Of a DNA stretch of 64,000 nucleotides, positions 17,565 through 25,643 are shown piece after piece. The notes beneath the pieces were generated by a model. It was not told the DNA's origin and ran no database searches. It saw only the letters and a list, made by a program, of their open reading frames with translations. This DNA is from Roseibacillus sp. (lineage in GTDB: Bacteria > Verrucomicrobiota > Verrucomicrobiia > Verrucomicrobiales > Akkermansiaceae), in the NCBI GenBank assembly GCA_051251855.1, contig JBPOGI010000007.1, positions 160,001 through 224,000 on the forward strand, in the 5' to 3' direction. How positions within the stretch are numbered: the first letter of the stretch is position 1; every line of letters begins with the position of its first letter. Position numbers and translations under genes: made by a program.

Positions 17565-20500
17565 ATGCCCACCCCTCCTCAGAAGAGCCTCCTCGAAGTC
17601 CAATTCCCCATCGGCCAATTATCACTGGAGAGTTACATTGAGAGAAAAGCCGGCGCATCTCAGTTTCTAAATAGCCTTGGCAAGTGGTGGGGCTCTAAAC
17701 CTTTGGTCCTCACTAGAGCTATCATTCTCGGCTCTCTCTTTGAAGCTGACGATGACCCGGAACGCTGGCCCGACGATTTGGAGATTTTCCTGCGACTGAT
17801 GGCGTTTGACAATGCCGGAATGTGGAAACGCAAAAAGAAAAAGCTGCCTGCTTCTCTTTGTTATACATACGCCCAAGAAAACGAACTTCCCCTCTTTCGT
17901 GATCCAACGACGTGGGCCAAAGGTTTTTCTCCCGAAAACCGAAAAAGGCAACTCGCTTTGGAGAAACGGGCCTTCTATGCACTCGACCACGCAGACCAGC
18001 GGCCTTTTTGCTTCCGAGTCGAAGAAATCGAAGGACCACCCGAAGAGAGCTGGCAGGAGATCAATTCTTACTGCGGAACAAATGCTCATTCTCTAACAGA
18101 ATGGGTCGAAGAAATGTCACAACGCCGCTTCGGACGTAAGCTCAGAGTCGGTGACGCTTTCAGTGGGATGGGGTCCATCCCCTTTGAGGCAGCCGAGCTG
18201 GGCTGTGATGTCTATGCGTCCGATCTCAACCCTGTCGCCTGCCTACTTACTTGGAGTGCCCTCAATGTCCTCGGCAGCGATACTAAATTCCATGAAAAGC
18301 TTTCTGCCGCTCAGCAAAAAATTTATCAGGAAATTGACGAGTGGTATCTCGAGTCTGGCCTCGAAACCAGCGAGGAAGGCTGGCGAGCTGCTTTTCATCT
18401 CTACTGTGTCGAGGTCGAGGTGCCCGAGTGGGACGGATGGAAAATTCCAGTAGCTCCATCTTGGCAAGTCGACACACAACATGGAGCATGGGTAGAATTA
18501 GTCCCAATCCACGAAGAAAAGAGGTTCGATTTTAAAGTCTGCTTCGACCGAGAAGGGTATGACCTTGCTCGGAAAGGCTCGAAGCAAGGAACTGACGTCG
18601 TCTGCCCCGGAGTTCTTTGGGAAATTCTTCATGAGAAGAAGAAGGCAGGAAATACTACTCGTTCGATTAAACTCTCTACCCTAATCGAAAACCATGGCGG
18701 ACTGAGAAAGTGGGAGAAATCCGACATCATCCCAAAAGAGGGTGATTTTTTTAGCGAGAGACTCTACTGCATTCGCTGGATTAAGCCCGTTGTTTACGAT
18801 GACCACCAAGGAAACGAAATAGTAGCTCAAGAACTCATCTACCGAGAACCCCTTTCCCATGACCTTAATGCCGAAGCCGAAATTGTTCAGAAAATCGCAG
18901 GCTCTCTAGAGGAATTACACGAGGACGGTTGGATTCCAAACTGGAGAATTCAGAACGGAGAAAAAACACGTGAGCTCATACGTACCCGCGGATGGACACA
19001 TTGGCATCATCTTTTCACTCCAAGACAACTGTTGATGGTTGCCGAGCTCTCACGTCGAGTTGAAGGATCTGAAGTCGACATTCGAATGGCCCTGACATTA
19101 GGAATTGGAAAGCTTGCGGATTATGGCAGCAAACTAGCACATTGGCTGCCATCCGATAGTGGAGCTATTGGGGGCTCCAAACAGACATTCTACAACCAAG
19201 CATTTAATACCTTTTTCAATTTTCCTGCACGAGGGTGGATCCAACTTAAACCTCAAGTATGCCTAACTCATCGTTGCTTGGGTCCATTCACAGGCTCATG
19301 TGATACAAAAGTTGGTGATGCCCGCTACAGTGAAACAGACTGCGACCTTTGGATCACCGACCCTCCTTATGCTGATGCCGTCAACTATGAAGAGCTGTCC
19401 GAGTTCTTCCTCGCTTGGTATAAGCCCCACCTTCAAGCCTGCTTTCCCGATTGGTATACTGATTCCAAGCGAGACAAGGCTGTCAGAGGCGAAGACGCTT
19501 CGTTCCGAGTATCAATGGCCGAGTGCTATTCGCGCCTAGCACAGAAGATGCCAGCAGATGGCCTTCAAGTGCTCATGTTCACCCACAAAGACACCGACGT
19601 CTGGGAAGACCTCGCCTTAATCATGTGGTCGGCAGGATTACAGGTGAAGCAAGTCTGGAGCGTCGCAACTGAAACCCCGGGCGCAGGCATTCGAGTTGGA
19701 AACCATGTCCAAGCCACCTACAACATGGTGCTCCGCAAACGCCCCGCAGACGCACCGATGGGCTTTGTCGACCTAGTCATTCCACAAATCAAAACACGGG
19801 TGGAAGAAGTGATTCGCCACATGCGGGACAGTCAGATTCAGTCCGGCGGGTTAAACTGCGGCTACACCGATACCGACTACCTCCTTGCTGCCCAAGCGGT
19901 CGCCGCCGAGGTGGTCACTGGCTTCTCCAGCATCGACGGCATCGACCTCGACGAAGAACTCCGCACCCCGAACAAGGAGCGTGGCAACTCCGTCCTGAAG
20001 GACATGATGAACCAAGCGAAGCGCACCGCAGTGGACTTCCTCGTGCCCTTGGGCCTAGAGGAACACCTCCGCCGCTCGCCGGATGGCACAAGTGCCTACC
20101 AATTCTGGCGCAATCTTTCACCGGAGGAAAAATTCCTTCTCAAGTCCCTCGAACTGGAAGCGGGCGGAGTCGGCAAGATTGGAGCCTTCCAAGACCTCGG
20201 TCGCGCCTACGGCATCGCTGACTACGAAGACCTCCTCGGCCCCGTCGTCGCCAACGAAGCCCGCAGCAAGCTCCCAAGCGAGTTTCCCCGCGCCGACCTA
20301 GCCCGCTGGGAAGACTTGCCCGCCAACGAGCGCACCCACTTCCCCCACAGCGTGACCCGCCACCTTTACCAAGCTCTCAAGATGCTCTCCGAAGGAGCGG
20401 ACGCTGACCGAGCCGTCAAACACCTCGTCGATAGCACCAACTTCTGGTCCGACCGTCAGGGCAAACACCTCGTCATCCTCGCCTACCTCTACCAAACCAC

Positions 20501-20579
20501 CGAAGCCAACCAAGCCTGGCAAGACCTCCGCCCCCTACTGCAAACCTTACGGTTGGCAGTCGAGAACCATCGCGCTTAA
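17565..20579 (+). CDS. DUF1156 adenine-specific DNA methyltransferase
   Basis: LEVQFPI..LS.ES..ERKAG, LGKWWG.KPL, motif I DAFSGMGSIPFEA, motif IV ITDPPYAD. Confidence 0.9.
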   Translation: MPTPPQKSLLEVQFPIGQLSLESYIERKAGASQFLNSLGKWWGSKPLVLTRAIILGSLFEADDDPERWPDDLEIFLRLMAFDNAGMWKRKKKKLPASLCYTYAQENELPLFRDPTTWAKGFSPENRKRQLALEKRAFYALDHADQRPFCFRVEEIEGPPEESWQEINSYCGTNAHSLTEWVEEMSQRRFGRKLRVGDAFSGMGSIPFEAAELGCDVYASDLNPVACLLTWSALNVLGSDTKFHEKLSAAQQKIYQEIDEWYLESGLETSEEGWRAAFHLYCVEVEVPEWDGWKIPVAPSWQVDTQHGAWVELVPIHEEKRFDFKVCFDREGYDLARKGSKQGTDVVCPGVLWEILHEKKKAGNTTRSIKLSTLIENHGGLRKWEKSDIIPKEGDFFSERLYCIRWIKPVVYDDHQGNEIVAQELIYREPLSHDLNAEAEIVQKIAGSLEELHEDGWIPNWRIQNGEKTRELIRTRGWTHWHHLFTPRQLLMVAELSRRVEGSEVDIRMALTLGIGKLADYGSKLAHWLPSDSGAIGGSKQTFYNQAFNTFFNFPARGWIQLKPQVCLTHRCLGPFTGSCDTKVGDARYSETDCDLWITDPPYADAVNYEELSEFFLAWYKPHLQACFPDWYTDSKRDKAVRGEDASFRVSMAECYSRLAQKMPADGLQVLMFTHKDTDVWEDLALIMWSAGLQVKQVWSVATETPGAGIRVGNHVQATYNMVLRKRPADAPMGFVDLVIPQIKTRVEEVIRHMRDSQIQSGGLNCGYTDTDYLLAAQAVAAEVVTGFSSIDGIDLDEELRTPNKERGNSVLKDMMNQAKRTAVDFLVPLGLEEHLRRSPDGTSAYQFWRNLSPEEKFLLKSLELEAGGVGKIGAFQDLGRAYGIADYEDLLGPVVANEARSKLPSEFPRADLARWEDLPANERTHFPHSVTRHLYQALKMLSEGADADRAVKHLVDSTNFWSDRQGKHLVILAYLYQTTEANQAWQDLRPLLQTLRLAVENHRA

Positions 20580-20582
20580 TCC

Positions 20583-23324
20583 ATGGCTCTCCAAAGATTC
20601 AGCTCCAGACGCGAACGGCTCTTCGATGCCTTCCTCTCGAAACGTTTACCAGAAGCCACGAGCTATGACCGCATCGCGGGCTACTTTCAGTCTAGTCTTC
20701 TTTCTCTAGCAGCCGAGGAGTTCAAGGCCATCAAAACGGTCCGTATCGTCTGCAATACGGAGGTCAATCCAGCTGATGTCCATGCCGTCCGACAAGCGGT
20801 CGGTCCGAGACAAGAAGAGTTGCAAGCAGCCCTCCTTCGCATGGTCTGGAACAATGGGAACTTTCCACACGTCGTCGACGTCTACGGAGAGAAAGCAAAG
20901 AAGAGACTGCGCCTCTTGCAAGACCTCATAAAAGGCGATCCCAAAACTGGTCGCAGCTTGGAAATCCGCATCGTGCCCGACAGTGAGTTTGGCTTCATCC
21001 ACGGCAAAGCCGGAGTGCTTCGTTATCCAGACGGCAAAGCGACCTCCTTCATGGGAAGTGCAAACGATACTCGGCGTGCTTGGATGGAAAACTACGAACT
21101 CGTCTGGGAAGATGACGAGCCTGAAAGTGTTGCTTGGGTGCAGGAAGAGTTCGACGCCCTCTGGGACCGAGGCTTCCCCATCAGTGAGTTCATCGTCAAG
21201 CAGATGGGCCGTCTAGGAGAACGAACGGTAATCGAACACGTAGGCTCCTGGCAGCAGAAGCCAGAGATTGCCGCCGTCCTCGCCGAAGTTCCCACCTGCA
21301 CCGAGTTGTTCGGATTTTGGGACCACCAGAAATACTTTATCAAGAAGGCCTTCGACGAACATCGTCTCTACCAAAAGCAATCTGGCCGGGGTGCCCGCTT
21401 CCTGCTTGCGGATGGTGTAGGACTAGGAAAAACCCTCCAGCTTGGCGGACTTGCCAAATTGATCGGAACTCTCGATAAGGAGCCTATTCTCATCATTGCC
21501 CCCAAGGCGGTCGTGAGCCAGTGGCAGGAAGAGATGATGGACAAGCTAGCGGCCCCCAGCGCGGTCTGGACCGGCAAAGGCTGGCTCACCGAGCGAGACG
21601 AATTCCACCCTGCTACCGAAGACGATGTCACCAACTGCCCACGCAAGATCGCCATCGTTCCCACCTCCGTCATTCTCAGCGCTGCGAGAAGCAAATTGAA
21701 CGGCAAGCTCACCGAAGACCTTCTGAAGATGAAGTTCAGCTGTGTGCTATGGGACGAAGCTCACAAGATCCGTCGCTCCAACCTCAAGGAGCCAAAAGTC
21801 TGGCAAACACCCGAGAAGAACCTCCTCTACGATTGGGCGCTCAAACTCTCCAAGCAAACCAAGTCCATGGTCTTGGCTACTGCTACCCCAGTGCAAATCC
21901 ATCCGGTGGAACTTTGGGACCTCCTCGCTGTCTTAGCAGAGGGAAACCCTCAGGTCCTCGGCTCGGACTTGAGCCGGTGGAAGGATGCCACCAATCCGGT
22001 AATGTTCGACATTCTAGCCGGTCGCGTGAAGGTGGAGAATCCTTACGAGAAATGGGAATGGTGGAAAGATCCTGTTCCCGGAGAAGAAGAACGAGACGTC
22101 TTCCGGCTCATCCGAAGTTCATTGGAGCTAGCAGCGACCAAAGACACCGCAGTAAATGCTGACTTCGACGAAATCGATGAATTTGATCGAGACGAACTCG
22201 CTCAAATTGATTTACGAGAACTTAACCCCTTCACCATTCGGGTCATCAAGCGCTCCCGGGAACGCCTGGAGCAAGAGGGTAAACTTGTCAAAATTGAGCT
22301 GGTAGCCGTGGACGACGAGCGCCCAGTAGTCTCCACCCATAGTGTCCGGCAAGCGCTGGAGCTGGCGGAAGAATTTTCACAAGAACTCTACGAAAAAACA
22401 AAGGCTGCTGGCTTCATTAATACTGGCCTGCAACGGCGTGTCGGTAGCTCAGTCTATGCCGGGCTCAAAACCGCCGAACGCATGCTCGAAGAGAAAGATG
22501 TCGAGGACGAAGAAGGATTGGACGAAACAGGAGAAAGCCTTTATCCTCTAACTGAAGTCGAAAGAGAATTGTTAGAACGCCTCCGTGGTCACCTGGCGAG
22601 ACAATGGGAACAAGAGGGCGATCCCAAATTCGACCGTATTCTAGAGACCTTGACCTCGGACTTTGAAGGAGAGACCTGGTTGAAACTAGGAGCTCTTGTC
22701 TTCAGCCAATACTACGACTCCGCTTTCGCGCTTTGTGAGTTTCTTGCCAAAAACTTGGATATCCCTATTGGCCTCTATGCGAGTTCCAGTTCATCAAAAC
22801 TCTTTGAAGATGGGAAGGTGCAATCTGTCGATCGGGATCTACTCAAGGAAAAGGTCAAAACTGGAGTCCTCAAGCTCATGGTAGGAACTGATGCCGCAAG
22901 TACAGGCCTAAACCTACAAACCCTTGGCAGCCTCATCAACCTCGACCTCCCTTGGAACCCCACGACCCTTGAGCAACGGAAAGGCCGGGTGCAGCGAGGA
23001 ACCATGGGCAAGAGAATCCCCTTCTGCAACCTACGTTACGATGAAGGGGTCGAGCAAAGACTCTTCAACGTTCTGACCGGTCGGATCCAGGAGATCACCA
23101 ACATCTTTGGCACCGTCCCAGACTTCATCACCGACCGCTGGGTCACCGACATGCTGGAAAATCGCGACCTGAAGGAAAGCGACCTCGTCACCCTCATCTC
23201 CGACCAAGAAACCAGCCCCTTTAGCGTCAAAGAGACCTACGAGTATCTCGATGAAGAATGGGAAAACACCGCCGAGGTCCTCAACTCCCGAGAAGCAGTC
23301 GCGGTGTTCTTAAATGGCTGGTAA
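20583..23324 (+). CDS. PLD-like nuclease-SNF2 helicase fusion (restriction-like system)
   Basis: YDRIAGYF, FIHGKAG...GSAN (HKD-like), LLADGVGLGKT, WDEAHK, LATATP, GLNLQ, DLPWNPTTLEQRKGRVQR. Confidence 0.9.
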   Translation: MALQRFSSRRERLFDAFLSKRLPEATSYDRIAGYFQSSLLSLAAEEFKAIKTVRIVCNTEVNPADVHAVRQAVGPRQEELQAALLRMVWNNGNFPHVVDVYGEKAKKRLRLLQDLIKGDPKTGRSLEIRIVPDSEFGFIHGKAGVLRYPDGKATSFMGSANDTRRAWMENYELVWEDDEPESVAWVQEEFDALWDRGFPISEFIVKQMGRLGERTVIEHVGSWQQKPEIAAVLAEVPTCTELFGFWDHQKYFIKKAFDEHRLYQKQSGRGARFLLADGVGLGKTLQLGGLAKLIGTLDKEPILIIAPKAVVSQWQEEMMDKLAAPSAVWTGKGWLTERDEFHPATEDDVTNCPRKIAIVPTSVILSAARSKLNGKLTEDLLKMKFSCVLWDEAHKIRRSNLKEPKVWQTPEKNLLYDWALKLSKQTKSMVLATATPVQIHPVELWDLLAVLAEGNPQVLGSDLSRWKDATNPVMFDILAGRVKVENPYEKWEWWKDPVPGEEERDVFRLIRSSLELAATKDTAVNADFDEIDEFDRDELAQIDLRELNPFTIRVIKRSRERLEQEGKLVKIELVAVDDERPVVSTHSVRQALELAEEFSQELYEKTKAAGFINTGLQRRVGSSVYAGLKTAERMLEEKDVEDEEGLDETGESLYPLTEVERELLERLRGHLARQWEQEGDPKFDRILETLTSDFEGETWLKLGALVFSQYYDSAFALCEFLAKNLDIPIGLYASSSSSKLFEDGKVQSVDRDLLKEKVKTGVLKLMVGTDAASTGLNLQTLGSLINLDLPWNPTTLEQRKGRVQRGTMGKRIPFCNLRYDEGVEQRLFNVLTGRIQEITNIFGTVPDFITDRWVTDMLENRDLKESDLVTLISDQETSPFSVKETYEYLDEEWENTAEVLNSREAVAVFLNGW

Positions 23325-23339
23325 AATGAAAACGAAACC

Positions 23340-24332
23340 ATGATCTACGACGGAAAAAACAAGTTTACGGAATGGAAATTCCCTAAGGAGAAGGATATCG
23401 AAGAAGCAATTCAGAAGGTTCGCTCAGAGCTTTTCGGTTCCTCAAGAATCTACCTGGAAGTTAAGAAATTAATCGGCAAGAAGGGCGGCCAGATGAACAT
23501 TCCGGATGCCTACGTCCTAGATTTATCGAGCGCCAAGGCACCCAAACTCTTTGTGGTAGAGAACGAGCTTTCGAGCCACGATCACTTGCGGCACATCGCG
23601 GTTCAGATTCTACAGTTTTCGTTAGCCTTCGAGACAAATCCACACCGTGTCAAGGAAGTGCTCAGAGGAGCGCTCAAAGCGGACCAAGAAGCGGAAGCCA
23701 GGGTTCATGCTTACGCGACCTCCAACGGCTTTGATAACATCGACTACCTCTTGGAACAGATGGTTCACCGTAAAGAGGCATTTAATGCCCTAGTCATCAT
23801 TGATGAACTCAACGACGAGTTAGAGAACATCTTGAAAGAGAAATTCCGCTTCCCGGTCGAGCTTCTCACCCTTGAGCGATTTCGAAGCGAAAAGGGAGAA
23901 GTCTTTTACAAATTTGAACCCCTACTTGGAGACGTCGACTCATCGGACGAGGGCTCCACGTTGCCTCAGCTCGACCCTGCGGAGCTGGACACAGTTGTCG
24001 TCCCTGCACAGGAGGAAGGATTCACTGAGACCTTCATCGGAGAGAATCGCTGGCACCACATTCGAATGAGTGCAGCAATGATTCCCCAAATCAAATGGAT
24101 TGCAACCTACAGGGTTGCCCCCCTTTCTGCGATTACCCACGTGGCTAAGGTAGCTAAAATTCAGCCCTACAAGGACACGGGAAAATACGAGCTGCTTTTC
24201 GAGGGACCGCCCGAAGAATTGAAGAAGCCAATTCGACTCATTCCCAAAAGTGCCGTGAAATCGGTTCAAGCCCCCCGCTACACAGCCCATCAACGACTGA
24301 TTAACGCAAAGGATCTCAACGAAGCATTTTAA
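23340..24332 (+). CDS. Putative PD-(D/E)XK endonuclease with C-terminal accessory domain
   Basis: EKDIE...IPDAY...FVVENELSSHD...QI pattern; separate C-terminal domain DTVVVPAQEEGF...YRVAPLSAITH. Confidence 0.65.
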   Translation: MIYDGKNKFTEWKFPKEKDIEEAIQKVRSELFGSSRIYLEVKKLIGKKGGQMNIPDAYVLDLSSAKAPKLFVVENELSSHDHLRHIAVQILQFSLAFETNPHRVKEVLRGALKADQEAEARVHAYATSNGFDNIDYLLEQMVHRKEAFNALVIIDELNDELENILKEKFRFPVELLTLERFRSEKGEVFYKFEPLLGDVDSSDEGSTLPQLDPAELDTVVVPAQEEGFTETFIGENRWHHIRMSAAMIPQIKWIATYRVAPLSAITHVAKVAKIQPYKDTGKYELLFEGPPEELKKPIRLIPKSAVKSVQAPRYTAHQRLINAKDLNEAF

Positions 24333-24370
24333 TAGTGTCGCAGTCGGCTAAATCAAAGTGAGAACGGGCT

Positions 24371-24389
24371 CGCGACCCATTCTGTCGCA
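24371..24389. promoter_or_regulatory. Third WYL box (CGCGAC-CCATTCT-GTCGCA)
   Basis: 16 of 19 nt identical to the box at 9599-9617; lies just upstream of ORF 24412. Confidence 0.7.
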
Positions 24390-24411
24390 CAACTAGCTTC
24401 TCCTCTCTCTT

Positions 24412-25554
24412 GTGCTTCAGATTCCGCTAACTGTGCTTGAGAAATGGGCCTTAGACCTCTTTCAAAAAGAAGAAGCTGAGCCTCAGCTCTACCCGGATTT
24501 TGAGCAGTTTCTTCTGGGGACGTATCGTCGGGCTCGACACGACGAAGCAGTGGATTCTGCTTTTGGGCTGGGAAGTCCTTTCGCTGAAGAATTTTCACAG
24601 TTTCTCACTACCATCCCCTGCCCTGACTTTCTTGCCGACGAGGCTCAGAGTGATTTTGCCTACTATCGCGAGATGTTCGATGAGGGCTTTCCTCACAGTT
24701 TTCTCCTCCGGTATGTTGGCGAACGCCGGGAGGGACTCAAACGTGAGGAAGCGTTCAATCGCGTCTTCTCTGACTTGGACTTGGAAGATCAATTCGAAAT
24801 TCTCTACGACTACCTTCTCGCCCACGGAGAGTCAGAACACACCGCTACAGACTGCTCTCTCAATGCTCTTGGTGAAATTCCGCTGACGGACGCGTTGCCT
24901 ATCTTCCAAGAAAGAGAACGAGAAGAGGAGCGGATGCGAGGGCTGGGGTTTTCTCCTGACCGAGCCTACGCGTATGCCAAAGCCATTTCTGAAGACTGCT
25001 CTTCGGAGCAAGCCGGCCTCTACTCTTGGTATTTCGAGAAACAAATGCAGTGGAAGCTAGAACGAGAGTGGGCACAGGATCTCGCCAAGGAGTTTGCGCG
25101 CATCGCTCCCCTCTACGCTTCTCTTTACGAAAACAAAAACTACGAAACCAACATCGATGCCTTCACTCATGTCGAGGCTTCTCACCACTGCCATCAGCAA
25201 AACTTAGAAGAGGACTTTCGCGAACTCTTTATGACCGTTGCCGAACGGCTTCAGCCTCAAAAGAAAAAGGGCGAAGAGGTGCAGTTCTACAGCCAAGTCG
25301 AAACCCTCACTCGCAAGATCGGTCGAGGCGAAATAGCACTAAACGACCTCCCTGGGACCCCACCCCCTAAGCCAGAGAAATGGCGCGTCGCTCTTCGTCG
25401 CTACCGACGAGAGGAAAAAAGGGAATGGGAAGAAATCTCATCCGAGCCCGATCTCTCGCAGGACTTCCACCAAGATCCCGCCATTGCTCGAGCGACCTCT
25501 TCCTTTGAAGATAGCTTGAAGAGAAATGCCATTGATGGTGACTCCGTTCATTGA
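24412..25554 (+). CDS. Hypothetical acidic helical protein
   Basis: 380-codon ORF with GTG start, no recognised motif; start uncertain. Confidence 0.65.
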   Translation: MLQIPLTVLEKWALDLFQKEEAEPQLYPDFEQFLLGTYRRARHDEAVDSAFGLGSPFAEEFSQFLTTIPCPDFLADEAQSDFAYYREMFDEGFPHSFLLRYVGERREGLKREEAFNRVFSDLDLEDQFEILYDYLLAHGESEHTATDCSLNALGEIPLTDALPIFQEREREEERMRGLGFSPDRAYAYAKAISEDCSSEQAGLYSWYFEKQMQWKLEREWAQDLAKEFARIAPLYASLYENKNYETNIDAFTHVEASHHCHQQNLEEDFRELFMTVAERLQPQKKKGEEVQFYSQVETLTRKIGRGEIALNDLPGTPPPKPEKWRVALRRYRREEKREWEEISSEPDLSQDFHQDPAIARATSSFEDSLKRNAIDGDSVH

Positions 25555-25643
25555 GTTTTCTGCTTTCGTTACAAACTCTTAACACTTCTCGTCGCTTTCA
25601 ACATCAAAGCTTCATGTGAAGGTCTTTAGCTAGGGCCATCATT

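Larger units (their letters stand above)
7706..25560. mobile_element. tRNA-adjacent defence/genomic island (boundaries approximate; no integrase or attR seen)
   Basis: Cluster of SRAP, WYL, nucleases, methylase and helicase immediately after a tRNA; patchy base composition. Confidence 0.6.

Noticed and set aside
23326..23343. Minigene MKTKP* bridging the helicase stop and the nuclease start
   Set aside because: Could aid translational coupling, but too short to distinguish from chance.
7680..25640. attR direct repeat of the tRNA 3' end
   Set aside because: No copy of TTCGAGTCCCCCCTCGAGCACCA found by eye downstream; island boundaries remain approximate.
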